64,000 nt of DNA from Hyalangium minutum (lineage in GTDB: Bacteria > Myxococcota > Myxococcia > Myxococcales > Myxococcaceae), in contig NZ_JMCB01000001.1 of assembly GCF_000737315.1 (NCBI RefSeq), positions 930,001-994,000 of the forward strand. The letters run 5' to 3'. The stretch's first letter is position 1; each line of letters starts with the position of its first letter. This document shows, one piece after another, positions 30,905-40,953 of the stretch. The notes under the pieces are model-generated. The model worked only from the letters and a program-made list of their open reading frames with translations, searched no databases and was not told where the DNA came from. The translations under genes and the position numbers were made by a program.

Positions 30905-31372
30905 TCAGATGGGGAGCTTGAAGGTGCCCCCACCCTTGAGCTCGGCCGCCTGAATCTGGATGCCCGAGAACAGCGCCTCGGCGGTGGAGCGGCTCGCCGA
31001 GAGCTTCTCCGCGCGGACCGAGTAGGTGAAGACACGGGCCAGCCCCTTGGTGACCACGCACAGCTGGTATTGGCCGATCTTCACTCCCTCCGCCAGGAAC
31101 GAGTGCTCCCGCAGGTGGCCGGAGAGGCTGCCGAAGCGGGCCGGCCCCTCCTTGTGCACCACGTACTGCTCCAGGGTGCGCGCCATCGAATCCTTCATGT
31201 CCGCCACGTAGGACTCGAGCGTCACCGTCTCGGGAAGGGTCTGGGGCGTGATGGCCAGATTGGTACGAAAGCCTCGATCCATAGGCCCGTGGGCGACAAT
31301 GAAGCTGCCGTCGGACCAGCCGGAGGGGAGCATCACCGAGTATTCGCCGTGGCGGAGCGTCTGAGGTGCCAT
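30905..31372 (-). CDS. DUF1795/DcrB (PsbP-fold) protein
   Basis: LPSGWSD...FRTNLAIT...LESYVAD...HSF...QYQL...FTYS pattern. Confidence 0.72.
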   Translation of the reverse strand: MAPQTLRHGEYSVMLPSGWSDGSFIVAHGPMDRGFRTNLAITPQTLPETVTLESYVADMKDSMARTLEQYVVHKEGPARFGSLSGHLREHSFLAEGVKIGQYQLCVVTKGLARVFTYSVRAEKLSASRSTAEALFSGIQIQAAELKGGGTFKLPI

Positions 31373-31447
31373 GAAGGAAGTGTCTGGAAGTGCTGCCGCG
31401 GAGCAGGCCGCCCGGAAGAGCGGCCCACCCCGCAGAGGTGAAGAGGA

Positions 31448-33835
31448 CTAGCGAGGCGAGGTGAGCAGGTCTGGGATGTCCGTCTTGGCGTACCGGCCCA
31501 CAGCCCACGACGCGATGCCCGCCCCGAGCCCGACGACGGCGCCCACCACGGTGCCGGGCCCGGGGACAATGCTGCCCGTGGCCGCTCCGGCGGCGATCCC
31601 CAGGCCAATGACACCCGCGCCGACGCCAATCAAGGCCTGCGCCTGCTTGTAGCCATCATGGCCCGCGTTCGCGTAATCCATGGCGCCGGTGACCGCGCTC
31701 AGGCCCGCGCCCGCGAACCCCAGCCAGCGGGATGCAAACTGGCTGGCCCCCCTCAAGCCCCCCAGCTTCCCCGCGAAATAGTCGGCCGACTCAGCGGCCA
31801 TGGCCTGTGGGTTGGCCAGCGTCCGCGCGGTCCGGACGGTGTTGTTCGCCCAGTCGGCCGTCCCCAGGGCGTTGCCCCCCAGTGCGAGCGAATCGCGCAG
31901 CACCTTCTCGGAGTTGCCCTCGCGCACGTTCTGGGCGAGGGACTGCACGTTGGAGATCGTGCTGGTCACCTGCGCCGCCAGCCCGATCGGGTTGGTGCCG
32001 AACTTCAGCCCGTTGAGGGCCGTGGTCCGATCCATGGCCTCGAGCGCCGTCTTGGGCAGGCCCAGGACGTTGTTCATGGTACCGAACGTCGTGCTCGCGG
32101 CGCTCGCCTGGGCGTTGTCCGCGGGGGTGGCCGGGCGCGGCCCCTCCGGACCCGCGAACCGCTGCAACTGGCCCACCATGGCCTCCTGCGCGCCCGTGGC
32201 CAGATCCCGCTGCTCGGACGTGAGGTGGCTGGCGTCGTTGACGGGCTGCCCGTTGACCGTGAGCGAGTACGGATCCACCTGCCGGTTGCCGTCCAGGCTC
32301 GCCTGCGCCACGTCGCCTCCCCTCCTCAGCGTCTCGGTGCCACGGACGAACTCCAGCCCCTGGTCTGTCACGCGGCTGGTGAGGTCCTCCCGCATGTTCA
32401 CCGGCTCTTGGCCCGGCTCGAAGCGGGTGCTCTCCGTCGTCTCATTCACCTCCAGCCCTTGCGCCGTCTGCTGCTGCGTGCGGGTGTAGTCACCAACCTG
32501 GCGCACCCCGTTCTCGTCGGTGGCGTCCGTGTGGCGGCGATCCACCTGACCATCGGCGCCGTAGGTGGAGTTGGTGGTCTGGCTCGCCCCGCGCATCTGC
32601 TGGTTCTCATCCTCCCACTGCGTCCGCTCCTCCTGCGTCACGTTGGCGCCCTCGGCGCGGCTGTAGCTGACGTGCTGGTAGGTGCTCACGCCCTCCACCA
32701 CGTCGTTCTGCCGCATCTCGTTGGGAGAGATCTGCTTCTGGAGCGACCAGGCGCGGGGCTGCTGCTGGCCGTCGGCCCCCGTCACGTCCGAGGACGTGGC
32801 ACGCACGCCGTCCTGCGAGTAGGAGACGTCACGGGCGCGCTCGGTGGTGCCATTCGCGTGGGTGACGGTGGTGTGGGTCTCCACCACGTCCACGGGACGG
32901 TTTGCGTCGAACTCCCCTTGCAGGTTGCCGTGGATGCCCTGGGTGGCCTGATCTTCGGGAGGCAGTTCCCCTTCCACGAGCGGCCGGTTGAGCGGCTCGT
33001 TGGGCTGCTGCACTCGGAAGGCTCTCGTCGAGTCCGTCACATTGTCGGCGTTGGATGCCACGGTGCGCTCGCTGAGCCCTCCTCCCTCCTGGCGGGTCCA
33101 GGTCCGGCTGTTGGTGGAGACGGCCGGATCCCTCTGGGCCTGGAGTTCCTGCTGGCTCGGCGGCGGCGGGGGCTGCTGGCTGGGAGGCTGGTGCCAGGTG
33201 GCCGTCTCGGAGGTGGTCTCCTGGGGACTGACGCGGACGGACGTGCGGTTCGCCGTGCCATCCGGTGCGTAGGTGGTGTCATCCACCGAGAGCCGATCTC
33301 CCGCCTGCTCGGACGAGCGCGTGCGGGTGACGTTGCCCTGGCCATCGCGCTCCGTCACGGTGACGCGGTTGCCCTCGCGCTGGACGTTGGGATCCGGAGG
33401 AACCTGGTTGGCACGGGCCTGATCCTCTCCGGCGATGCGCTGCGCGTCCTGCTGGGTGGCGTTCTGCGCGGCATCGACCTGGGCCCGGTCGTCGGTGACT
33501 TCATGAACCTGGACAGCATCCTGGGCGCCCTGGACCGCGCGCGGATCCGCGGGAGGCGGCGTCGAAGTGGGCGTGGAGGCCGGGGTCGCCCCGGGGCCAC
33601 TGCCAGGCGCGCCAAACCCCTGCGTCGGGGGCGCGGAGGGTTGCGCGGACGTCGGGTTCAGCGAGAGCGCGGCAGAGGCATTCGTGGGCGAAGCTTGCTG
33701 GGGCTGCTGCGGCGGCGGGGGCTGCTGCTGAGGAGGCTGCTGGAACGTATCCTTGGGAGGAGGAGGCGGCGGCTGGGGAGGCGTCGGCGGGGGCGGGGGC
33801 GGCGGCGGCGGCGGCGGCGGGATCCGAATCGACAT
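31448..33835 (-). CDS. putative secreted effector: poly-Pro/Gln N-terminus, Thr/Gln-rich beta region, C-terminal glycine-rich hydrophobic hairpin
   Basis: MSIRIPPPPPPPPP start with RBS AGGGAG; C-terminal LIGVGAGVIGLGIAAGAATG...VVGAVVGLGAGIASW. Confidence 0.75.
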   Translation of the reverse strand: MSIRIPPPPPPPPPPPPTPPQPPPPPPKDTFQQPPQQQPPPPQQPQQASPTNASAALSLNPTSAQPSAPPTQGFGAPGSGPGATPASTPTSTPPPADPRAVQGAQDAVQVHEVTDDRAQVDAAQNATQQDAQRIAGEDQARANQVPPDPNVQREGNRVTVTERDGQGNVTRTRSSEQAGDRLSVDDTTYAPDGTANRTSVRVSPQETTSETATWHQPPSQQPPPPPSQQELQAQRDPAVSTNSRTWTRQEGGGLSERTVASNADNVTDSTRAFRVQQPNEPLNRPLVEGELPPEDQATQGIHGNLQGEFDANRPVDVVETHTTVTHANGTTERARDVSYSQDGVRATSSDVTGADGQQQPRAWSLQKQISPNEMRQNDVVEGVSTYQHVSYSRAEGANVTQEERTQWEDENQQMRGASQTTNSTYGADGQVDRRHTDATDENGVRQVGDYTRTQQQTAQGLEVNETTESTRFEPGQEPVNMREDLTSRVTDQGLEFVRGTETLRRGGDVAQASLDGNRQVDPYSLTVNGQPVNDASHLTSEQRDLATGAQEAMVGQLQRFAGPEGPRPATPADNAQASAASTTFGTMNNVLGLPKTALEAMDRTTALNGLKFGTNPIGLAAQVTSTISNVQSLAQNVREGNSEKVLRDSLALGGNALGTADWANNTVRTARTLANPQAMAAESADYFAGKLGGLRGASQFASRWLGFAGAGLSAVTGAMDYANAGHDGYKQAQALIGVGAGVIGLGIAAGAATGSIVPGPGTVVGAVVGLGAGIASWAVGRYAKTDIPDLLTSPR

Positions 33836-33902
33836 TGCTCTCCCTGTCGGTAGGTAGGCACAGCGCGCCGGGACGGGCACGCTGTAGGGAGTTATCGGAT
33901 TA

Positions 33903-33967
33903 TGGGAAACCCTGTTGCGGATTTCCCAATTTTTGGTGCTCAGGCCTGGAAAACCCCGTGTTTTCCA
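33903..33967. promoter_or_regulatory. two related palindromes upstream of the effector operon
   Basis: tgggaaa-N12-tttccca (33903-33928) and tggaaaa-N7-ttttcca (33947-33967). Confidence 0.4.
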
Positions 33968-34016
33968 AGTCTTAGCTTCCGATCAACCGGTCCGTGACCC
34001 ACTTCTGGAAGCCAGG

Positions 34017-35744
34017 CTACCGGCAGGCGGTCTTCTCGTTCAGGAGGTTGATGTGGCCCTCGGCGTTGCCCTCGAAGGAGACGGCGTAGATGCCACCATC
34101 GAAGCTGCCATTGCTGAAGGCGACGTGAGCCTGGGGCGCCAGCACCGTGCCCCAGAAGCCGAAGCCCTGAGCATCGACGCGGGTGGTGTCCACGAAGTTG
34201 AAGAGCACGCCGTGCTGGTTGATGCCGCCACCGAACTGGATGCCGAAGCCGGTGAAGGTGGCCGAGGCGCCGCGGATGTTCACCACCACCAGCGAGTCGG
34301 CAGGAGCCTCGATGGACAGCAGCTTGGCACCGGTCAAGGCGCTGGCATCCACGTCCACCACGTTGGTGGTGGCGCTGGTGCCGCGCAGGAAGATGCCGCC
34401 CCAGTTCTCACGGCGGGTGGTGCCATTGGCCGGCATCGCGCCCAGCTGGGAGGACAGCTGGCGCAGCTGCTGCCCACGGGCCGCGAAGTCGATGGGCGAG
34501 CCCTGAGCAGCCGAGCCGCGCGGCAGCGTCACCGACGGATCGATGGTGAGCGCGCCGCCGTAGTGCACATCCCCGAAGACCGCGCCACGGGACAGGGAGA
34601 GGTTGCCACCGACCACCAGGGTGTTGACCGTATCGCTGGTCTCCAGGCCCGAGCCCACGGCGAAGTCGGTCATGCTCATGTTGCCGCCGACAGCCACCTT
34701 GCCCACCACATCGTGCCCGCCGGTGTAGTTGCCCAGCAGGAACAGGTTGTAGTCATTCAGGCTCACCCGGACGCACTGCGGAGTCGGCGGGGGGCAGAGG
34801 GTCTGATCGTCGAGGCGGTTGATGTGGCCCTCGGCGTTGCCCTCGAAGGAGGCGGCGTAGATGCCACCATCGAAGCTGCCGTTGCTGAAGGCGACGTGGG
34901 CCTGAGGGGCCAGCACTGTGCCCCAGAAGCCGAAGCCCTGAGCATCGACGCGGGTGGTGTCCACGAAGTTGAAGAGCACGCCGTGCTGGTTGATGCCGCC
35001 GCTGAACTGGATGCCGAAGCCGGTGAAGGTGGCCGAGGCGCCGCGGATGTTCACCACCACGAACGAGTTGGCAGGAGCCTCGATGGACAGCAGCTTGGCG
35101 CCGGTCAAGGCGCTGGCATTCAGGTCCACCACGTTGGTGGTGGCGCTGGTGCCGCGCAGGAAGATGCCGCCCCAGTTCTCACGGCGGGTGGTGCCGTTGG
35201 CCGGCATCGCGCCCAGCTGAGAGGACAGCTGGCGCAGTTGCTGCCCACGGGCCACGAAGTCGATGGGCGAGCCCTGAGCCGCCGAGCCGCGCGGCAGCGT
35301 CACCGACGGATCGACGGTGAGTGCGCCGCCGTAGTGCACATCCCCGAAGACCGCACCGCGAGATAGGGAGAGGTTTCCACCGACCACCAGGGTGTTGACC
35401 GTGTCGCTGGTCTCCAGGCCCGAGCCCACGGCGAAGTCGGTCATGCTCATGTTGCCGCCGACAGCCACCTTGCCCACCACGTCGTGCCCGCCGCTGTAGT
35501 TGCCCAGAACGAACAGGTTGTAGTCGTCCAGGTTCACGTTGAGGCAGGACGGCTCAGGAGAGGGCTCAGGGGTGGGCTCGGGAGAGAGCTGCGGCGCGGC
35601 CTCTGCGGACACGGAAGCGGACTGAGCCGCACCCTTCGAGGTGCTCTCCTCCGACGACAGCTCACCGCAGGCCATCAGGAGGGACACTCCCAACAGGCCG
35701 AAGGTCTTGGCAGGGTTCCAGTTCTTCTTGAAGGACGTGCGCAT
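34017..35744 (-). CDS. choice-of-anchor A (beta-helical) domain lipoprotein with a tandemly duplicated domain
   Basis: LMAC lipobox; two near-identical 257-aa units (YNLFVLGNYSGGHDVVGKVAVGG...GTVLAPQA...AEGHIN). Confidence 0.85.
   Translation of the reverse strand: MRTSFKKNWNPAKTFGLLGVSLLMACGELSSEESTSKGAAQSASVSAEAAPQLSPEPTPEPSPEPSCLNVNLDDYNLFVLGNYSGGHDVVGKVAVGGNMSMTDFAVGSGLETSDTVNTLVVGGNLSLSRGAVFGDVHYGGALTVDPSVTLPRGSAAQGSPIDFVARGQQLRQLSSQLGAMPANGTTRRENWGGIFLRGTSATTNVVDLNASALTGAKLLSIEAPANSFVVVNIRGASATFTGFGIQFSGGINQHGVLFNFVDTTRVDAQGFGFWGTVLAPQAHVAFSNGSFDGGIYAASFEGNAEGHINRLDDQTLCPPPTPQCVRVSLNDYNLFLLGNYTGGHDVVGKVAVGGNMSMTDFAVGSGLETSDTVNTLVVGGNLSLSRGAVFGDVHYGGALTIDPSVTLPRGSAAQGSPIDFAARGQQLRQLSSQLGAMPANGTTRRENWGGIFLRGTSATTNVVDVDASALTGAKLLSIEAPADSLVVVNIRGASATFTGFGIQFGGGINQHGVLFNFVDTTRVDAQGFGFWGTVLAPQAHVAFSNGSFDGGIYAVSFEGNAEGHINLLNEKTACR
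34046..35521 (-). repeat. ~700-bp direct repeat (offset 771 bp) inside the choice-of-anchor A gene
   Basis: For example ggttgatgtggccctcggcgttgccctcgaagga occurs at ~34046 and ~34817, and long identical runs continue throughout. Confidence 0.92.
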
Positions 35745-35939
35745 AGGAGGCTGGGGGAAAGAGGCGCTCGGCGCCTGGGATTTCACTGGGGGTCAACCGC
35801 GGACATTCATGTACCCGAAGTGAAATTTTCCTCGCAAGTCAAAATTCAGTCTTTTCACATTATTCCGCTATTTCTCAATTTATAAGATTCGAGGCACCGG
35901 TTTAGAATGGGCCTGTCTGATCAGAAGCGGGGGTCTGTC

Positions 35940-36512
35940 ATGCAAAGGTTCGCGGTGTTGCTCGGTGGAGTCGTGCTCGCGGGTTCGGCGCTGGTCCCGG
36001 TGTCCGCGGAGGCCGCGGCACGGGTGCTCGGAAGTGGCTACGGCCGCATCTGTTACGAGGCGGCCCGGGCGGGACAGGCCTCGGCGCAGGGGCTGGAGAC
36101 CTGCAACAAGGCGCTGGCCGAGCAGGAGCTGGAGCCCGCCGATCGCGCGGCGACGCTGGTGAACCGGGGCATCCTCCACATGTACGCGAAGCAGCACGCG
36201 CAGGCGCTCGCCAGCTACGAGGAGGCGCTGAAGGTGGATCCGGATCTGGCCGAGGCCTACGTGAACAAGGGCATCGCGCTGGTGAACCTGGGCCGTGACG
36301 CCGAGGCGGTGGCGGCGAGCAGCCGCGCGCTGGAGCTGAGCCCCTCGCGGCCGGAGCTCGCCTACTACACGCGCGGAGTCGCCCACGAGATGCTGGGCAA
36401 CGCGAAGGCCGCGTACAACGACTACCGCCAGGCCGCGCAGCTCAGCCCCGAGTGGAAGGAGCCGCAGACGCAGCTCCAGCGCTTCTCGGTGCAGCCCAAG
36501 GGCCGGGGCTGA
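35940..36512 (+). CDS. secreted TPR protein
   Basis: Signal peptide (AEA-A); TPRs AATLVNRG, AEAYVNKG, AYYTRGVA. Confidence 0.88.
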   Translation: MQRFAVLLGGVVLAGSALVPVSAEAAARVLGSGYGRICYEAARAGQASAQGLETCNKALAEQELEPADRAATLVNRGILHMYAKQHAQALASYEEALKVDPDLAEAYVNKGIALVNLGRDAEAVAASSRALELSPSRPELAYYTRGVAHEMLGNAKAAYNDYRQAAQLSPEWKEPQTQLQRFSVQPKGRG

Positions 36513-36610
36513 GCCTCACTCCCGGAGCACTCGGCCTGGAACTCGTGGAGCCTTCACCCCCGGGGGGCGTGAGGTAAGGTGCGCCCCCGCTCCCCTGTGC
36601 GTGAACCTCC

Positions 36611-37867
36611 ATGACCTCCGCTGCAACCGCAGCCCCTGCGCCTTCGAGCGCGCTGCGCAACCCGGGCTTTCGAATCTTCCTGCTCACGTTCCTGCTGGCC
36701 ATGATGGCCGACAACGTCGAGCACGTGATCAGCTACTGGGTGGCCTACCAGAAGTTCCACTCGGCGGCGCTGGGGGGATTCGCGGTGGTGTCCCACTGGC
36801 TGCCCTTCTTGGTGTTCTCGGTGCCGGTGGGGGCGCTCAATGACCGGTTCGACTCCCGGCGCCTCATCCAGTGCGGAATGGTGCTCTTCATCATCGCCTC
36901 CGCGGGCTGGGGGTACTTCTTCGTCACGGACTCCCTGCAGGTGTGGCACGCGATGGTGCTGCTCACCCTCCACGGCTGCGCGGGCGTGCTGTGGAGCACC
37001 TCCAGTCAGATGTTGCTCTACGACATCGTGGGGCCGGTGTCCCTGGCCAGCGCGGTGCGCCTGAACGCCACGGCGCGCTACCTCGGATTCCTGGTGGGCC
37101 CCAGCGTGGGCAGCATCATCATGCGGACGCTCGGGCCCACCTGGGGCATCTTCCTCAACACGGTGTTCTATCTGCCCCTGCTGCTCTGGATGACGGGCGC
37201 GCCCTATGGCCGGCACTTCCGCGGGGCGGCCACGGGCCCCAAGCGGGCCGTCCGGGGGCTCGCCGACATCGTGCAGACGGTCCGCGACGTGCGCGAGCTG
37301 CCCGTGGTGGCGGCCATGGTGCTGCTGGCGGGGGCGGCGTCCTTCTTCATCGGCAACAGCTACCAGGCGCAGATGCCGGGCTTCGCGCAGGACCTGGGCC
37401 ATGGAGACCCCGGGCTGACCTACACGCTCCTGCTGGGAGCGGATGCGGCCGGAGCCCTGCTCGCGGGCATCCTGCTCGAGACACGGGGGACGTGGCTGCG
37501 CACCGAGGTGGCCTCCGCGATCAAGCTGGCCTTCCTGTGGGGCTGCGCGCTCTTCACGTTCTCGTTCATGCGTGCATACCCAGCGGCCATTGTCGTGCTC
37601 TTCCTGGCCGGTTTCCTGGAGCTGTCCTTCAGCAGCATGACCCAGGCGCTGGTCCAGCTGAATGCGCCGGACGCCATCCGTGGCCGCGTGCTGGGACTCT
37701 TCAGCATGTCGGCCTCCGGTCTGCGGGCCTTCAGCGGCATCACCGTGGGGCTCCTGGGGAGTGTCACCAACATTCACGTCTCACTCGCCGTGTCCGCCCT
37801 GGCCTTTGTGACAGTGGCGGGCGTGCTGCTCTTCCGGCGCCGCGCTCAGAGCACGGCGGTAGGCTGA
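36611..37867 (+). CDS. MFS transporter (MFS_3-like)
   Basis: About 12 hydrophobic helices; GALNDRFDSRR and PDAIRGRVLG loop motifs. Confidence 0.92.
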   Translation: MTSAATAAPAPSSALRNPGFRIFLLTFLLAMMADNVEHVISYWVAYQKFHSAALGGFAVVSHWLPFLVFSVPVGALNDRFDSRRLIQCGMVLFIIASAGWGYFFVTDSLQVWHAMVLLTLHGCAGVLWSTSSQMLLYDIVGPVSLASAVRLNATARYLGFLVGPSVGSIIMRTLGPTWGIFLNTVFYLPLLLWMTGAPYGRHFRGAATGPKRAVRGLADIVQTVRDVRELPVVAAMVLLAGAASFFIGNSYQAQMPGFAQDLGHGDPGLTYTLLLGADAAGALLAGILLETRGTWLRTEVASAIKLAFLWGCALFTFSFMRAYPAAIVVLFLAGFLELSFSSMTQALVQLNAPDAIRGRVLGLFSMSASGLRAFSGITVGLLGSVTNIHVSLAVSALAFVTVAGVLLFRRRAQSTAVG

Positions 37868-37977
37868 AGCGCTGGGCTCGGCTGCTCCCCAGGGGGCCTG
37901 GGCATGGAACGGGTGCGTCAGCGTGTTACGAAGGGTTGCTTCCCCTCTCCGAGAGGGATTAGGGGAGAGGTGAAACC

Positions 37978-39888
37978 ATGGCCACGCTCGCTCGCTACCC
38001 CCACCCGTTCCTCCCCACGACCCGCGCCGACATGAAGGCGCGAGGCTGGGAACAGCTCGACATCATCATCGTCAGCGGGGACGCGTACGTGGACCACCCC
38101 GCCTTCGGGCCCGTGCTCATCGCCCGCTTCCTCGAGGGGCGAGGCTTCAAGGTGGGCATCATCGCCCAGCCTGACTGGCACTCGGCCGAGCCCTTCAAAG
38201 CGCTGGGCCCTCCCCGCCTCTTCTTCGGGGTGGCCGCCGGCAACCTGGACTCGATGCTGAACCGGCTCACGGCGCAGAAGAAGAACCGCTCCGAGGACCA
38301 GTACAGCCCCGGCGGGCAGACGAACTGCCGGCCGGACCGGGCCACCATCGTCTACGCCCAGCGCTGCCGCGAGGCGTACCCGGACGTGCCCATCATTCTG
38401 GGCGGCATCGAGGCGTCGCTGCGGCGCATCGCCCACTATGACTACTGGAGCGACAAGGTGCGCCGCTCCATCCTCTTCGACGCGAAGGCGGACCTGCTCA
38501 TCTTCGGCATGGGCGAGCGCCCCGTGTGGGAGGTAGCGGACCGGATGCGCAAGGGCGAGCGCATCGATCAGATCCGCGACGTGCGCGGCACCGCGTACAT
38601 CATCAACGACGCGGAGATGAAGGCGCACGAGGCGGACCCGGCGAAGCGCGCGGCGGACCGGAAGACGGTGGTGCTGCCCTCCTACGAGGAGGTCATCGCG
38701 GACAAGCAGGCCTTCGCGGTGATGTCGCGGGACTTCCAGATGGAGACGAACCCGGGCAACGCGCGGCCGGTGGCGCAGCGGCACGGCAACCGGGCCCTCT
38801 ACATGAACCCGCCGGCGAAGCCGCTGGACGACGGGGTGGGCACCGGGGACGGCTCGGTGGCGATGGACGAGATGTACGACTTGCCGTTCAACCGGGTCCC
38901 CCACCCCATGTACAAGGAGCGCATCCCGGCCTACGAGACGGTGAAGCACTCCATCGTGCTGATGCGCGGGTGCTTTGGCGGGTGCACGTTCTGCTCGATT
39001 ACGGAGCACGAGGGCCGCGTCATCCAGAGCCGCTCGGCGGAGAGCGTGCTGCGTGAGGTGCGGCAGCTGCGGCGAATGGGCGACTTCCGAGGGACCATTA
39101 CGGATCTCGGCGGTCCTACCGCGAACATGTACAAGCTCAAGTGCAAGAGCGAGGCAATCGAGAGCAAGTGCCGCAAGCTCTCGTGCGTGCACCCGGGAGT
39201 CTGCGAGAACCTGCAGACGGACCACGGCCCGCTCATCGGCTTGATGCGCGAGGTGCGGAAGGAAGAAGGCGTGAAGCACGTCTTCATCGCCAGCGGCGTG
39301 CGGTATGACCTGGCGGAGCGCTCGCCCGAGTACGTGAAGGAGCTGGCGGCGCACCACGTGGGCGGGCAGCTGTCGGTGGCGCCGGAGCACGTGTCGCCGC
39401 GGGTGCTGGAGAAGATGAAGAAGCCGGGCATCGAGAGCTTCGAGCGCTTCCAGACGATGTTCGCGTGCGCGAGCGAGGAGGCGGGCAAGGAGCAGTACGA
39501 CATCCCCTACTTCATCAGCGGGCACCCGGGCTCGACGCTGGAGGACATGGTGGACCTGGCGCTGTGGCTGAAGAAGAACGGCAAGCGGCCGCGCCAGGTG
39601 CAGGACTTCATCCCCACGCCGATGGCCGTGGCGACGGCCATGTATTACACGGGGTTTGATCCGCTGAAGATGGAGCCGGTGTACACGGCGCGCGGGCTGA
39701 GGGAGAAGAAGCTGCAGAAGGCGCTGCTGCTGTACTGGAACCCGGAGCACTGGCCGCTGGCGCGCGAGGCGCTGGAGCTGGCGGGCCGGAAGGATCTGAT
39801 CGGCCGCGGGCCGCATGCGCTGGTGCCTCCCGAGACCCCCGCCGAGGCCGAGCGCCGCCGCCGGACCGAGGAGCGCCGGTCCCCCTGA
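37978..39888 (+). CDS. ygiQ: YgiQ family radical SAM protein
   Basis: [55 protein letters not shown]. Confidence 0.93.
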   Translation: MATLARYPHPFLPTTRADMKARGWEQLDIIIVSGDAYVDHPAFGPVLIARFLEGRGFKVGIIAQPDWHSAEPFKALGPPRLFFGVAAGNLDSMLNRLTAQKKNRSEDQYSPGGQTNCRPDRATIVYAQRCREAYPDVPIILGGIEASLRRIAHYDYWSDKVRRSILFDAKADLLIFGMGERPVWEVADRMRKGERIDQIRDVRGTAYIINDAEMKAHEADPAKRAADRKTVVLPSYEEVIADKQAFAVMSRDFQMETNPGNARPVAQRHGNRALYMNPPAKPLDDGVGTGDGSVAMDEMYDLPFNRVPHPMYKERIPAYETVKHSIVLMRGCFGGCTFCSITEHEGRVIQSRSAESVLREVRQLRRMGDFRGTITDLGGPTANMYKLKCKSEAIESKCRKLSCVHPGVCENLQTDHGPLIGLMREVRKEEGVKHVFIASGVRYDLAERSPEYVKELAAHHVGGQLSVAPEHVSPRVLEKMKKPGIESFERFQTMFACASEEAGKEQYDIPYFISGHPGSTLEDMVDLALWLKKNGKRPRQVQDFIPTPMAVATAMYYTGFDPLKMEPVYTARGLREKKLQKALLLYWNPEHWPLAREALELAGRKDLIGRGPHALVPPETPAEAERRRRTEERRSP

Positions 39889-39904
39889 GGCAGGAGGTGC
39901 TGCC

Positions 39905-40849
39905 ATGCACGTGCTCGTCCTAGGCGGTGGAGTGTCGGGGCTCTCCTGTGGCATCCGGCTGCTCGAAGCGGGCCACACGGTGGAGCTCTGGGCGCGCGAG
40001 CTGCCGCCGTACACCACTTCGGATGTAGCGGCGGCGGTCTGGTACCCGTACCGGGCCTCGCCCCAGGACAGAGTGACGGCCTGGGCAAAGCGCACCTTCG
40101 ACGTGCTGAGCGCGCTGGCGAAGCACCCCGAGACGGGCATCCTGGTGGAGCGTGGAGTGGAGCTCTTCACGGAAGCACCGCCGGATCCGTGGTGGGCGCC
40201 ATGCGTGCCGAGCCTGCGCGCCGCGACACCCGAGGAGCTGTTGCCAGGGTTCACGCACGGCTACTCGTTCGAGGCGCCCATCATCGAGATGCCCATCTAC
40301 CTGCAGTTCCTGTTGGCGCGCTTCCGGGAGCTGGGGGGCCGGCTCGATCTGCGCGAGGTGCGCACGCTGGACGAGGCGTGGCGAGCATCGCCCGTGGTGG
40401 TCAACTGCACGGGCCTGGGAGCACGGGCCGTGGTGGGAGATGACTCGCTCTTCCCCATCCGCGGCGAGGTGCTGCGCGTGGCGCCGCCGCCGGTGAGGGG
40501 CTTCATCTTCGACGAGAGCGAGACGCGGGGGATCAGCTACGTCATCTCCCGCTCCAAGGACTGCATCCTGGGAGGGACGGCCGAAGACGGGAACCCCTCG
40601 CTGGAGCCCGACAAGGCCAAGGGTGCGGCCATCCTCGAGCGCTGCCGGCGGCTGCTGCCCGCAGGGGCCCGGTTCCAGGTGCTGGAGCACAAGGTGGGGC
40701 TGAGGCCTGGCCGGGCCACCGTGCGCCTCGAAGCGGAGCGAGTAGGCCAGCACCGCGTCATCCACAACTACGGCCACGGGGGCGCGGGCGTCACCCTGTC
40801 CTGGGGCTGTGCCGAGGAAGTGGCAGCGTTGGTGATTGCCGGCTCCTGA
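39905..40849 (+). CDS. FAD-dependent D-amino-acid oxidase family protein
   Basis: VLGGGVSG, VVNCTGLGA, PIRGEV, VGLRPGR, HNYGHGGAGVTLSWGCA. Confidence 0.93.
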   Translation: MHVLVLGGGVSGLSCGIRLLEAGHTVELWARELPPYTTSDVAAAVWYPYRASPQDRVTAWAKRTFDVLSALAKHPETGILVERGVELFTEAPPDPWWAPCVPSLRAATPEELLPGFTHGYSFEAPIIEMPIYLQFLLARFRELGGRLDLREVRTLDEAWRASPVVVNCTGLGARAVVGDDSLFPIRGEVLRVAPPPVRGFIFDESETRGISYVISRSKDCILGGTAEDGNPSLEPDKAKGAAILERCRRLLPAGARFQVLEHKVGLRPGRATVRLEAERVGQHRVIHNYGHGGAGVTLSWGCAEEVAALVIAGS

Positions 40850-40953
40850 GGCCTACCCGCCCAGGCGCTTCCTTGAATTACCAATTCCACGGGAATATAC
40901 GGCTTTCTCTGGTTTGGCGGCATGGAGCCGCCTTCTGTCGCGAGGAAGCCCGG

